Below, piece by piece: positions 1 to 10,146 of a stretch of DNA of 64,000 nucleotides. This DNA comes from Candidatus Bathyarchaeia archaeon. GTDB taxonomy: Archaea; Thermoproteota; Bathyarchaeia; Bathyarchaeales; Bathycorpusculaceae. The notes beneath the pieces are model-generated. The model searched no databases, was not told the origin of the DNA, and saw only the letters and a program-made list of their open reading frames with translations. Made by a program: the position numbers and the translations under genes. The first letter of the stretch is position 1, and each line of letters starts with the position of its first letter. The DNA lies in contig JBEKOM010000003.1 in assembly GCA_049521795.1 (NCBI GenBank), forward strand, positions 128,001 to 192,000, read 5' to 3'.

Positions 1-168
1 CACAATACTACGGCATCGTGCTTCTTGACACCCTCACCTTCGTAGCCACACAGGACTAGTCTGACCGAAAACCCGGGAAGCGTCCTCTGGTGCGCGTAAT
101 CATTTTTTACTCCCATTTCCCCGCTCAAAGACCTGCTTAAAGGCTTGAGCTTGTCGTCAATGTCCATT

Positions 169-465
169 TCAGACGATAAACAGTTGGAACACTGATGCAA
201 TTAGACAGAACAGTCCAACGAGGAACATCACTGCAGCGCTTGTCCAAAGTTTCTTCCGAGTCGGATAGATGCTGTAAAAGAATATGGAAAACGCTGACAG
301 GAGAAACGTCACTGCGCCCACTAGCAGCGTGTACTTTAACGTAGAGGGAATTTGCTCGCCGTGGAGACCTGTGACCTGCAAGACCGCTAGACTCAGTGCG
401 GCCAACGTTCCAGGGTAGGACGCATTAACGATCGGTTTTATGAATTTCTCCTCAAATTCTTCCAT
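169..465 (-). CDS. Small membrane protein (about 3 TM helices)
   Basis: 98-aa hydrophobic ORF with GAAGG upstream. Confidence 0.7.
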   Translation of the reverse strand: MEEFEEKFIKPIVNASYPGTLAALSLAVLQVTGLHGEQIPSTLKYTLLVGAVTFLLSAFSIFFYSIYPTRKKLWTSAAVMFLVGLFCLIASVFQLFIV

Positions 466-671
466 TATTTAGCCTTCTCTTCTCTTGTCGATTCAATTTA
501 GACCGATGAGTCCTTAAACTTTTTGTGAAAGCCCACCTGAAGGATCAATAGCGCGTGCTAGCTTTCTTGTCGGCAACTGGTAGCTCAGTTCTTCACCTTC
601 GTTTGAGCAACTCAGGAAGTAAGAGAATTCGTATAAGTGTCGCATTCTAGTATGGAGCAAGGTGTGAGTGA

Positions 672-1115
672 ATGTCAAGAATTCTTGTTCTGTATTACAG
701 CAGAACTGGAAACACTGAGAAAATGGCCTTGGCCGTTGCAGACGGAGCCAAAAGCGTGTCGGGAACTCAAGTGGAACTGAACTACTACGTGCCTCAAGAG
801 GAGCTCGTGGGTTTCGACGCTATACTTGTCGGAGCAGCAACCTATCATCATGACATGCCCGTTACCTTTAAAAACTATTTTGAAGAGGCGGCTGTGAAAA
901 ACGTAATGCTGAAAGGCAAAGTCGGAGCGGCGTTCGGTTCATACGGGTGGAGTGGCGAAGCTCCTCGACTGGTTCTTGAGATATTGAGGAACAGGTTTGG
1001 CATGGAAGTAACCGAGCCGCCGTTATCAGTGGCGTATACACCGGACCAAGCTAGTCTAGAGAAGTGCTTTGCTTTAGGTAAAAGGGTTGCCGAAAGCCTT
1101 ATTCATAAAGCTTGA
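672..1115 (+). CDS. Flavodoxin-domain protein (FprA C-terminal-like)
   Basis: YYSRTGNTEKMA FMN loop; AAFGSYGWSGEA. Confidence 0.9.
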   Translation: MSRILVLYYSRTGNTEKMALAVADGAKSVSGTQVELNYYVPQEELVGFDAILVGAATYHHDMPVTFKNYFEEAAVKNVMLKGKVGAAFGSYGWSGEAPRLVLEILRNRFGMEVTEPPLSVAYTPDQASLEKCFALGKRVAESLIHKA

Positions 1116-1143
1116 CATGTGCTTACGACTAGGAGGCGAAGGT

Positions 1144-1623
1144 TTGAGCTCGAAAGAAGAATTGATAAGATTCTTGAAGGACCAAATCAAAGTTGAGAAC
1201 AAAATTGTGGAATCGCTGAACAAGTCCTTGCCAGAAATTGGAAACCCCACGGTCAAAGGTGTTTTGAAAGGAGTATCCTTGGACTCTGTGAAACACGCTG
1301 AACTGTACGCCTCAGCAGTCATGCTGATGACCACTGTTTCGAAAGCTCTGACGCAAGAAAATCTTGACAAACAGAAGGATCTCGTGGAAAAGCACATTCA
1401 GATGGAGGCGGAGCTTATCGAGAAAATAGGCAACGTACTTCCCTCCGTCAAAGACAACAAGGTCAAGCTGTTGTTGAGCGCGATACTGGAGGATGAGAAG
1501 AGACATCATGCTCTATTGAAGCAAGTGCTGGAAATCCTTGTCAAAGGAGAGACCATAACAGAAGCAGACTGGTGGGACGTTCTCTGGAAAGACGTGCCAT
1601 TCCACGGAGCACCCGGAGGCTAA
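1144..1623 (+). CDS. Ferritin-like di-iron protein
   Basis: DSVKHA and EDEKRHH motifs; TTG at 1144 after AGGAGG (ORF track starts at 1087). Confidence 0.75.
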   Translation: MSSKEELIRFLKDQIKVENKIVESLNKSLPEIGNPTVKGVLKGVSLDSVKHAELYASAVMLMTTVSKALTQENLDKQKDLVEKHIQMEAELIEKIGNVLPSVKDNKVKLLLSAILEDEKRHHALLKQVLEILVKGETITEADWWDVLWKDVPFHGAPGG

Positions 1624-1752
1624 ACATCAACGCCGTCGTGAAACACACCTGCTTCCTCTCATTTTTAGCGGCTGCTAGCTCGAAACGATCGGTTTAAATG
1701 ATAAAATCATGAAGTGATTAGCAAAGAGACCTGAGTCATCAAAGGCGGAAAC

Positions 1753-1944
1753 ATGGCAAAGATCAAAGTCGATAACGCCAAGTGCCTGAGAGAAAAGGAA
1801 AAGATCTGTGTGGAGATATGCCCATTTTCAGTTTTCCGTGAAGGAAAAACAGAAAGAGTAGAGATTGTCAACGTGGAGAACTGTATAATGTGCAGAACCT
1901 GCGTCGTCAACTGTCCGGGTCAGGCAATAGACATTCTGGTTTGA
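1753..1944 (+). CDS. 4Fe-4S ferredoxin
   Basis: C-x7-CVEICP and CIMCRTCVVNCP. Confidence 0.85.
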   Translation: MAKIKVDNAKCLREKEKICVEICPFSVFREGKTERVEIVNVENCIMCRTCVVNCPGQAIDILV

Positions 1945-1950
1945 AAGGCT

Positions 1951-3360
1951 TTACAGAATTGTGAGCAGCTTGCCCCTGTGATTCTTTATTTCAACTCTTA
2001 GTTTCTCGCCAGTCGTTCTAGTGGCGCATTTTATGCAGGGGTCGTAAGCTCTGATCACCATTTCGATTCTGTTCAAGAGTCCTGGCTTGACCTCGCCGTT
2101 GTGTATGAACTCGGTTGCAGCGTCTTTCACGTTCAGGTTTATCGCCTGATTGTTGATCTGCGTGGGTATTATGAGCTTCAACTGTTCCAGCCGACCTTCG
2201 TTGGACAAAACGTATTCGTGTGCAAGCGTGCCTCTTGGTGCTTCGACTACTCCAATTCCTCTGCCGCCTTTCGGTTCGACCTTAACTCTGGTGTCTGATT
2301 GTGTGAGGGTCTTGTCCTCCAGGAGTTCCTTCGCTTTCTCAACCGCGTAAATCAGGTCAATCAGACGAGCGTAATCGAGGAGGATAGTGGTGTGAGCAGG
2401 GGTTCCGAATTTTCTTTTGAATTCATGTAGCTCCGCGTTGGCAAGTTCAGTTGTTGTTTTGCTGTTCACGTTGATTCTTGCTGTTGGACCCACCTGCACG
2501 ATGCCCTCAGGCCATCCTAAGGCTTTCAGGTACGCAAATTTTGCGAATGTCCAAGGATAGATTTTTTCTTCGACGTGGTCCATGTAGTCTTGGGCTGCAA
2601 ATTCTGCCATGTTTCCGCCTTCAGCATTGATGATTCGGATGTTTCCGCGGTAGAAGTTTATGGCGTCATCTTGCGTTAACGCCATGTAATGAGTCCTGTA
2701 GTCTCCAGCTCTCTTGAAGTCTTCCCAGTTTTTCTCGAAGAGCTCCTTGCCCGTGGCCAGAGCTTCTCCGGCAATGGGGAGCGAGTTTTCAGCCTCCTTG
2801 AGCAGCTCTTCGCGCTCTCTTTCCTTGAGAGGGTTGATTAGACCGCCAGGAATCACCGAGAGAATATGCACTTCACGTTTTCCAATGACGTCTAATATTT
2901 TGGCACCGAAGCTTCTGAGGGCTACAGCCCTTTTGCCCACGTCAGGTCTTTCTCGCATAATCTGGAATATGTTTCTCTTCGATGGGTCCTCCTCTAGGGG
3001 AAACCAGAAATCGGGCAACGTGAGAAAATAGATGACCAGAGAGTGATTGCTGATTATTTGTCCCATCAGCAGAAGTTCACGGAGTTTCCGGGCTGTTTCC
3101 GTTATCTCTGTTTGGTAAATGCTTTCTATGGCTTCCACAGACGCCATTATGTGAGCTGTTGAGCATACGCCGCATATCCTCGAGATTATGAATGGAAGCC
3201 TGTCCGCCTCCATCCCTCTCAGGAAATATTCGAAGCCACGAATTTCTGTGGCGTAGAAATGTGCGTCAGCAACGTTTCCAGACGCATCGAGCATTATCGT
3301 GACTTTGCCGTGCCCTTCAATCCTCGTTGTCGGCGATATCGTTATCTCTTTGCTGCTCAA
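1951..3360 (-). CDS. [NiFe]-hydrogenase large subunit, group 3 (MvhA/VhuA-like)
   Basis: TRIEGHG, RGFE, L1 motif RICGVC, EAPRGTL, L2 motif RAYDPCIKC. Confidence 0.92.
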   Translation of the reverse strand: MSSKEITISPTTRIEGHGKVTIMLDASGNVADAHFYATEIRGFEYFLRGMEADRLPFIISRICGVCSTAHIMASVEAIESIYQTEITETARKLRELLLMGQIISNHSLVIYFLTLPDFWFPLEEDPSKRNIFQIMRERPDVGKRAVALRSFGAKILDVIGKREVHILSVIPGGLINPLKEREREELLKEAENSLPIAGEALATGKELFEKNWEDFKRAGDYRTHYMALTQDDAINFYRGNIRIINAEGGNMAEFAAQDYMDHVEEKIYPWTFAKFAYLKALGWPEGIVQVGPTARINVNSKTTTELANAELHEFKRKFGTPAHTTILLDYARLIDLIYAVEKAKELLEDKTLTQSDTRVKVEPKGGRGIGVVEAPRGTLAHEYVLSNEGRLEQLKLIIPTQINNQAINLNVKDAATEFIHNGEVKPGLLNRIEMVIRAYDPCIKCATRTTGEKLRVEIKNHRGKLLTIL

Positions 3361-4220
3361 ATGACTTTGTCCCTCGCTTTGGCGCGTTCAAACTTTGAAA
3401 AGATGAAAGTGTGGAAGACGAAGGGGTTGCGGTAGAGTTCCTCCTTAATCGTTTCTTCAGGAATGCTCGTTCTGCTCGCTATGACTTTGATTAAAAAGGC
3501 GTACATGTCCCTTGACCTATACATCATCGAGTCAGGCGGACCTCTGCATCCGAAGCAGGTGAAGCCAGCTCTGGGGCATGGTGCTCCGCAACCCTCACGT
3601 GTTAGGGAACCCAGGCACACGAAGCCCTGACTGACCATGCAGAGTACGGGGTCTGCGGGTTTTTCGTATATGCCGTACAAACGGTCGAGCTTCGCTGCAA
3701 CTATTTTTCTGTGACATTCGGTGCACACGACGCTTTGGTGCCGTTCTGGCTGCTTACCGCTAACTACGCTTTTCAGCGTGTGAACTATCAGGAAAGGCAT
3801 TGGCGGGCAACCTGGAACATAGTAGTCAACATCGACAAAGTTGCATATCGGATACATAAGATCCTCAAGTTCCGGAAGCCTCGTCGTGTCGATCAAGGAA
3901 TACTCCTTCTCTAACAGGTTCTTGAGGGAAAGCATGTTTCCAAGGCTAGTAATTCCACCATGGGTCGCGCACAGTCCCAAACCTACGAGTATCCGACTCT
4001 TCGCTCTAACTTCCCTTATCAACGTCTCATCATCCTTGGTCCTGACTCCCCCTTCAACGATCGCCAAATCAACGTTTGGAATCTCTTTCAAGTCAATGAA
4101 GGTCGGTGAATAGACAATGTCGAAGTCTCCTGCGAGAATTTCAACCAGTGCGTCACCAGCATTCAAGAACGACGAGACGCACCCAGCACAACACGTCAAA
4201 GAAACAATGTTTACCTTCAA
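3357..4220 (-). CDS. [NiFe]-hydrogenase small subunit (MvhG/VhuG-like)
   Basis: CAGC, VEGGV, GLCATHGG, PGCPP, CLGSLTREGCGAPCP, CFGCRG; overlaps large-subunit start. Confidence 0.9.
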   Translation of the reverse strand: MKVNIVSLTCCAGCVSSFLNAGDALVEILAGDFDIVYSPTFIDLKEIPNVDLAIVEGGVRTKDDETLIREVRAKSRILVGLGLCATHGGITSLGNMLSLKNLLEKEYSLIDTTRLPELEDLMYPICNFVDVDYYVPGCPPMPFLIVHTLKSVVSGKQPERHQSVVCTECHRKIVAAKLDRLYGIYEKPADPVLCMVSQGFVCLGSLTREGCGAPCPRAGFTCFGCRGPPDSMMYRSRDMYAFLIKVIASRTSIPEETIKEELYRNPFVFHTFIFSKFERAKARDKVI

Positions 4221-4500
4221 ACGCTTCTCACTGTCGGTCCTGAAAGACTTCGAGGCACTTCTAAAGAGTATATGCTTGAAATTCCTTAAGCCTTTCTATC
4301 CAATGGGACACCGCAGGCAATGCGTTTTGCTACTCTTTCTTTAAGCGTGCGCTTTCCCAAGAACCACAACCCTTAGGCCTGTCAGTCAAAGGATAGGCAT
4401 CAAAGACTGGTTAGAAGAGGGGAAAAATGATTGCCGGGCCACGTTGCAAGAATTGTGACGTGAACGCATGAAAAACTGAAGATCCATTGGGATGAAGGGA

Positions 4501-5541
4501 CTAATGATTTCGAGTGTAGGGTGTACCCGTCAATGCTATGATTTCTTCGTCTTTCTTCTGTGCGAGATCGGTCTTTTGCGCTGGAGGCTGAGTCGTCTCC
4601 TCGTTTCTCAGAAGTTGTGCTGTTACTGCTTGGGTTTCATTTGCTAGGTTACGTATTGCTCTCAGCATCGTGGCTACTTCGGCACCCTTGGGGGTCAGAG
4701 AGTAGGCCAGCGGTTCTTTCCTCGTGAAGACCAGTTTCTTTCCCTTCAACTTTCTCAGATACTTGTACGTTCTTCTCAGTGAGATTCCTGTCTTATCCGA
4801 TAGTTTCTTTGCAGAGACCCCGTCCTCAGGAATGTTCTGGTACACTCTCGTCTCAGTCGGCGAGAACTTTTCCAGATTTGAATCTCTTCTTGTTTTGAAT
4901 ATGAATATGTAGTTTTTCTCCTTGCTCGTCTCGATTAGAGCTGTCCTCTGTAGTCTGCTTAGGACTCGTGCAACACTCTTGGCTGGAATTATCGTTCTCG
5001 AGTCTTGGTAGGTTCTAGGTCTTTCTAGGAGAGCATCCAACATTGTTTCTTCGTAGCATTCGGAGTGGGGAGGCAGAACGTTTTCCAAACCCTGAGAACT
5101 CTTTGCAAACTCGTTGACTTTGCAGCCAAGCACAGTTGCGTGAAAGGGATTCTGGGCTTCCTGTACAAGTCCGACCTCGATCAACGGGTTGATGTATTCC
5201 TCGACTATAGTTTGCTGACTGTGGTGATAGCCAAGTGATGTCAGCTTTTCCTGAAGTTGAGATAGGGAATAACCCTGTCTTGAAATCAGGTCAAGTATCT
5301 GCAGCCGTCTGCCATTCTTCAGCGTGTTCAGCAACTGTTCCACAAAATTTGGCCTCTGCATTTTTCCGTTTATCTTTCTGAGCTGGTTTTTCAGCTTCCA
5401 AGTCTTACAATCTGTGATGCATGTGATGGGGCTGATAGGGTTACAGCTCTTGCACTTCTCTTCCAGACTCTTCAGGATGTCTACTAGGCTTGCATGCTTT
5501 TCCGCATTCAAAGCCGGGCTTGAGTGATTTTGGGTTTCCAT
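4501..5541 (-). CDS. Multi-winged-helix DNA-binding protein with N-terminal Cys cluster
   Basis: CKSC...CITDC; repeated wHTH patterns such as SAKKLSDKTGISLRRTYKYLRKL...YSLTPKG. Confidence 0.65.
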   Translation of the reverse strand: METQNHSSPALNAEKHASLVDILKSLEEKCKSCNPISPITCITDCKTWKLKNQLRKINGKMQRPNFVEQLLNTLKNGRRLQILDLISRQGYSLSQLQEKLTSLGYHHSQQTIVEEYINPLIEVGLVQEAQNPFHATVLGCKVNEFAKSSQGLENVLPPHSECYEETMLDALLERPRTYQDSRTIIPAKSVARVLSRLQRTALIETSKEKNYIFIFKTRRDSNLEKFSPTETRVYQNIPEDGVSAKKLSDKTGISLRRTYKYLRKLKGKKLVFTRKEPLAYSLTPKGAEVATMLRAIRNLANETQAVTAQLLRNEETTQPPAQKTDLAQKKDEEIIALTGTPYTRNH

Positions 5542-5632
5542 TCGTTGATTACCTTCAGGCGTAAGTCATGGCAGGCCGAGAAAGGAGTCGGATTTGCGCT
5601 TAAAACCAGATTTCGGGGATGCTAAGCCTGTC

Positions 5633-5676
5633 ATGACATACGTCATAAACAGTATGACATACGTCATGTTTATATA
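5633..5676 (+). promoter_or_regulatory. Tandem palindromic operator (2x ATGACATACGTCAT) abutting TATA box TTTATATA
   Basis: Identical 14-mers at 5633-5646 and 5654-5667; TATA at 5669-5676. Confidence 0.75.
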
Positions 5677-5709
5677 CTTTTCCACAATCCTAAATCAAAC
5701 GGTGAATAC

Positions 5710-6114
5710 TTGTTGATACTTCCGTGCGAAGTCGCAGTAAAATCAGTCGTGCCGGCAGTGAAGGCGTTAATGGCACAACAACTGGTCGAAGAGCATGGTA
5801 TGAACCAGGAACAAGTTGCAGAAATCCTTGGGATATCGCAGTCCGCAGTGAGCAAGTACTCTAGAAAGGTCAGGGGACACGTCATAGAAGTTGACAAAGT
5901 GCAGGAAGCCCGACCTCTTATTGCCAGCATGGTCGTGATGCTCGTGAATGGAGAGCACCAGAGGGCAGAGTTCCTGCAGCTCTTCTGCGAGACGTGTGGA
6001 ACCATACGGAAAACGGGTATGGTCTGCCGATTCTGCAAGAAGTCAGACCAGAAAATCAAAATAGAAGAGTGCGGCTTCTGCATGGAGCTGAGGTCAGGCA
6101 AAAACAGAAGGTAG
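5710..6114 (+). CDS. XRE/HTH transcriptional regulator with Cys-rich C-terminus
   Basis: MNQEQVAEILGISQSAVSKY HTH; PCE N-terminus; three CxxC motifs. Confidence 0.85.
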   Translation: MLILPCEVAVKSVVPAVKALMAQQLVEEHGMNQEQVAEILGISQSAVSKYSRKVRGHVIEVDKVQEARPLIASMVVMLVNGEHQRAEFLQLFCETCGTIRKTGMVCRFCKKSDQKIKIEECGFCMELRSGKNRR

Positions 6115-6118
6115 AAGG

Positions 6119-7054
6119 ATGTCTTCCTTCGATGAGAAGGCTGTTCTTGATGTTCTGGAAAGAGTAAGCAAAAGCGTTGTGAACATAAGCACCGTTAAGC
6201 TTGTCAGTCGGATGTTCTACCAAGCGGTCCCCGTGGAGGGCATGGGTTCTGGGACGATAATAGACACGAAAGGGGACATATTGACTAACAACCATGTCGT
6301 CGGAGGCGCTGAGAAGATAGGCGTGACCCTGTGGAATGGAGAAGTATTGGAGGGGGCGATAGTGGGGGCCTGCGCCGTGCACGACACTGCAATCGTGCGA
6401 GTCAAAAAACAAGGCTTGGAAGCCGCGCAGCTAGGGGATTCTGAAAAGCTGAGGGTTGGCCAGAGAGTCTATGCAATCGGAAACCCGTTCGGACTAGCTG
6501 GGGGACCCACAGTTACGTCTGGAGTGATCAGCGCAACCAAGAGAACGATAGAATCTCAGAGGGGGCTAGTGGAAAACCTGGTCCAAACTGACGCGGCGAT
6601 AAACCCTGGAAACAGCGGCGGCCCTCTCTTGGACCTTGAGGGAAAGGTCATCGCCATAAACACCGCGATAATTCCGTATGCCCAAGGAATAGGGTTTGCC
6701 ATTCCGATAAACATGGCGAAGAAGTGCACGGGCGAAATGATAAGGGACGGGGTTTCAGTCAGACCTTGGCTCGGGATATTGGGCCTAAGCCTTAACGAGG
6801 ACATAGCTCAATACTACAACCTGCCGTGCGAGCATGGTGTTCTCATATCCAAGGTCACTGACGGAAGCCCGGCACAGCACGCAGGCCTGATTATGGGCGA
6901 CATAATCCTGAGAATGGACAACGTGAAGATCGACACCATCGAGGACCTCTTGAACGACATTCACAAGAGAGGGATCGGCGAAAAGGTGAGAATTTCAGTC
7001 TTCCGCAGAGGTTTCGAACAGTTCTTCGAAGTGACTTTGAGCAAAGCGCCCTAG
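6119..7054 (+). CDS. htrA: HtrA/DegP-like serine protease with PDZ domain
   Basis: LTNNHVV, QTDAAINPGNSGGPL, C-terminal PDZ. Confidence 0.93.
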   Translation: MSSFDEKAVLDVLERVSKSVVNISTVKLVSRMFYQAVPVEGMGSGTIIDTKGDILTNNHVVGGAEKIGVTLWNGEVLEGAIVGACAVHDTAIVRVKKQGLEAAQLGDSEKLRVGQRVYAIGNPFGLAGGPTVTSGVISATKRTIESQRGLVENLVQTDAAINPGNSGGPLLDLEGKVIAINTAIIPYAQGIGFAIPINMAKKCTGEMIRDGVSVRPWLGILGLSLNEDIAQYYNLPCEHGVLISKVTDGSPAQHAGLIMGDIILRMDNVKIDTIEDLLNDIHKRGIGEKVRISVFRRGFEQFFEVTLSKAP

Positions 7055-7095
7055 TCATTCCTTGTACTTCGGGTCTGGTTTTCCGCCTCTTGCTT

Positions 7096-7251
7096 TCACT
7101 TCTCTCCTACGAAGGAGTAGAAGCTGCATTCACCCCAGAAAGGCTTTCCCTTCACGCAGCCGCAGCCATTGACATTCTTCTTGTAAGAGTTACACTCGAC
7201 ACAGTTGCTACCGCACGGGGAGGCTAGATCAAGATCAACTTGCTCGTGCAA
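7096..7251 (-). pseudogene. Truncated DUF3795-like Cys-rich protein (51 aa)
   Basis: Own translation MHEQVDLDLASPCGSNCVEC...GCGCVKGKPFWGECSFYSF; ends early and some Cys are missing. Confidence 0.5.
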
Positions 7252-7356
7252 CTTCTGGGCTCAGATTGGCTTACGCGGTGAAGATACATATATACGTGCT
7301 CTGGCTTCTCTTTAAACGACGCAGCGCAGAAGATTTAGGTGGAAGTGTAACGACAA

Positions 7357-7902
7357 ATGGTTAGAGAAATGACTGAAACGAACCTTCGAAGCGCGTACGC
7401 GGGTGAAAGCCAAGCGCACATGAGGTACAAGGTCTTTGCAGAGAGAGCCAAGAAACTGGGCTTTCCCAACATAGCTAGACTTTTTGATGCCGTGGCCTTC
7501 GCTGAGAGAATTCATGCTGGTAACCATTTCAGACACATACTCACCAAGGGCGGGGCAACAACGGTTTCAGCCGCAGTTTTCGGGTCCACAAGCACTTCAG
7601 AAGATCTGCAGGCAGGCATCGATGGGGAAAGCTTTGAAATCAGTGAGATGTACCCGGCATACAAGGCTGTGGCCCAGTTTCAAGGCGAGAAGTCAGCTGA
7701 GACAAGCTTCACGTGGGCCTTAGAAGCTGAAAAGATTCACTTGAGCCTGTACAAGAAAGCGAAGGAAGCAGCAGATCAGAAAAAAGACGTGACATTGCAA
7801 CCTGTGCAGGTGTGCACTGTATGCGGCTACACCGTTGAGGGCGATGCGCCGGAAAAATGTCCAATCTGCAACGCCTTAAGAGACAAGTTCAGAACTTTCT
7901 AA
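7357..7902 (+). CDS. rbr: Rubrerythrin
   Basis: AYAGESQA, AERIHA, AEKIH, C-terminal CTVCGY...CPIC. Confidence 0.93.
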   Translation: MVREMTETNLRSAYAGESQAHMRYKVFAERAKKLGFPNIARLFDAVAFAERIHAGNHFRHILTKGGATTVSAAVFGSTSTSEDLQAGIDGESFEISEMYPAYKAVAQFQGEKSAETSFTWALEAEKIHLSLYKKAKEAADQKKDVTLQPVQVCTVCGYTVEGDAPEKCPICNALRDKFRTF

Positions 7903-7939
7903 CATGAACAAGAGTGCTGATAAGACAATTTGACGACCA

Positions 7940-8626
7940 TTGTCGTACGATCAGTGTGAACCGTGCCCTCATAAGGATGGCAGGAGTGTACAGAAGATCA
8001 TGGTAGAAATGGAGAAGATAGAGAGACGGCCTGACCTCTCCGTCGTTGCCTTGGTATCCTTTGCCCTCTCATTTGCTGCGGCCAGAACGTTCACGGCTCT
8101 GAGCCCGAAGGTGATTCTTTCTCCTTCTGGTCTCCACGTTCACCATTTTTGGTTCGGCATAGTCATGCTCGCTGTAGGCGGTTGGCTGGGCATCAGCTAC
8201 AATGATCCTCGGGTTAATCGATTTGCAGCGGTAATCTTCGGGGCTGGAGGTGGCTTGATTGGTGATGAAGCGGGAGTGTTGCTGACACTTGAGAGTAATA
8301 ACTACTGGGCTGGGGCAAGCTACACGTTCGTAATAATATTCTTGGCATCAGCATCGATACTGGTTCTACTGAGCAAATATTCAAGGGAGGTCCTGAAAGA
8401 GTTCAAGGGATTCTCAGGCAGTCGAGGCGGCTTCTATCTGGCTGTTTTTCTTGCGGCAATTTCAACAGCCTTCTTGATAGACACTGACGACCCCAGGGTG
8501 ATCGCTGTCACGAGCCTGCTTACGATAGTCGCATGGGTCACAATACTTGCATACTTGATTCAACGAATCCGAGGAAGACTGAGGCGGCGCCAAGAAGTCG
8601 AAACTTCACCTATGGTTTCTAGCTGA
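7940..8626 (+). CDS. Integral membrane protein
   Basis: HVHHFWFG...GLIGDE motif; several TM segments; true start may lie downstream. Confidence 0.7.
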   Translation: MSYDQCEPCPHKDGRSVQKIMVEMEKIERRPDLSVVALVSFALSFAAARTFTALSPKVILSPSGLHVHHFWFGIVMLAVGGWLGISYNDPRVNRFAAVIFGAGGGLIGDEAGVLLTLESNNYWAGASYTFVIIFLASASILVLLSKYSREVLKEFKGFSGSRGGFYLAVFLAAISTAFLIDTDDPRVIAVTSLLTIVAWVTILAYLIQRIRGRLRRRQEVETSPMVSS

Positions 8627-8663
8627 AACATTTAATACACCTTTTTTCGCAGTTATCCAAGGC

Positions 8664-9059
8664 GTGATTGTCATGGAGACTTCGGACGTGGATGCGAGCA
8701 ACTGGGAACCGGAAATCTCGAAGTCCACAATTTTGACGATTGTCTACTTCTGGCATGAACAATGTCCATGGTGTTTCAGGTTCACCCCTATACTTGAGGA
8801 GGTCGCAGAAGAGTATAGAGGGAAGATCAAGTTTGCGAAGCTGAACGTGCTTGCAAACCCAACTAATCAGGAGATAGCGAACAACTTCGGCGTGATGAGC
8901 ACTCCCACGTTGCTGTTCCTGTGCAAGGGAAGACCAGTAGGACAGGCTGTCGGCCTAATGTTTAAAGAAGACTTGGAGAGGGGACTAAACGACATGCTTA
9001 CAAGGTACAAAGGCTGTCTAAGTCAGAGCACAGAGCTGAGGCCAGCCTACATCGTGTGA
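8664..9059 (+). CDS. Thioredoxin family protein
   Basis: CPWC, GVMSTPT. Confidence 0.9.
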   Translation: MIVMETSDVDASNWEPEISKSTILTIVYFWHEQCPWCFRFTPILEEVAEEYRGKIKFAKLNVLANPTNQEIANNFGVMSTPTLLFLCKGRPVGQAVGLMFKEDLERGLNDMLTRYKGCLSQSTELRPAYIV

Positions 9060-9144
9060 AAACCGGTTGAGAATCAGACTTTGGCCCTCACGCCCACAAA
9101 CGCTTGAAAGCCGTGTCAGCTCTGGAATTTTCTGGCTAAGTCGA

Positions 9145-10032
9145 CTAGGAACCGCCGTGTTCCTCAAGCTCTTTTCTGTTGACGTTTTCGGTGTCTTCGG
9201 GGAGGGGTTCACGGAGCGTCGGATGATGATGCTGAATGCCCACGTACATCTTCATCCTGAAGAACTGTCTGCCCAATACGTCTAGTCGAACAGAGCGAGG
9301 GAAATCGAAGAGCCTCTTCCTAGCCTCATCGGCCACTATGACGATCATCGCGATGGTCGCGCCGAGAAGACCTGTAACAGCAAGAATGGACAGCAGGGGA
9401 ACGGCTATTAGAAGGGAGCTCAACGCAAAGAACACCCATGCTGCACCGGCGCAAGCCAGCAAGAATATGGTTAAGAGGTACGGAACCGCAAATGCAGAGG
9501 CGAAAAACACTGCTGCCAAGACCAGATGGTACAGGCTCAGCTTCGGCAACGTTTTCCTAATCACAAACAAAACTCGCAGGTCGCCCACACCTAGACCAGT
9601 CCCACCTCTGATCGCTTTGACGAAGATGCCCGCATTCTTGTTCAACTCCTGAGTCTCATCAACCATCAGCAGCCCGGCACTGACTAGGAAAACAACGCTG
9701 GCCAGCAAGCCTCCAGCCGCAAGAGTCGTGACAACACCGATAGTGACAACAAGCCAAGAACCGTAGATAGCAAGAAAAACAACCAGCCCCGTGTGACTGT
9801 TTATTATCCTCCTACGCTCCATGTTCGGGTCAAAAACGTTGAAAGTCTTGCTGAAAACTCCAACAGAGAAGTTCTTCGAAAACCTTCCAAGAGCACGCGA
9901 TTTCCTGCGAAGCGCCAACGAAAAGACCAGCGCCGCACAACCCATCGCAACTAGAACCAAGGATGACGCGAACAGTGAAACGTCCTCCGGGAAAACGTTG
10001 AACACCCGTCCCACCAGCTTCAACAATAACAT
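9145..10032 (-). CDS. Hypothetical membrane protein
   Basis: 295-aa ORF with several hydrophobic helices. Confidence 0.6.
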   Translation of the reverse strand: MLLLKLVGRVFNVFPEDVSLFASSLVLVAMGCAALVFSLALRRKSRALGRFSKNFSVGVFSKTFNVFDPNMERRRIINSHTGLVVFLAIYGSWLVVTIGVVTTLAAGGLLASVVFLVSAGLLMVDETQELNKNAGIFVKAIRGGTGLGVGDLRVLFVIRKTLPKLSLYHLVLAAVFFASAFAVPYLLTIFLLACAGAAWVFFALSSLLIAVPLLSILAVTGLLGATIAMIVIVADEARKRLFDFPRSVRLDVLGRQFFRMKMYVGIQHHHPTLREPLPEDTENVNRKELEEHGGS

Positions 10033-10146
10033 AGAAGAAGACCAAACTTAAATCCTTGACTAACCTCACACTCAACCTTGGCTACCCTTACCCAGAAAAA
10101 AAAGTAATGCATTTGGCTGCATGAAACTAGCCAACGGCGACCGAAC

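Noticed and set aside
1-167. Minus-strand frame open to the window edge (MDIDDKLKPL...)
   Set aside because: Only 55 codons are visible and there is no motif; it cannot be called
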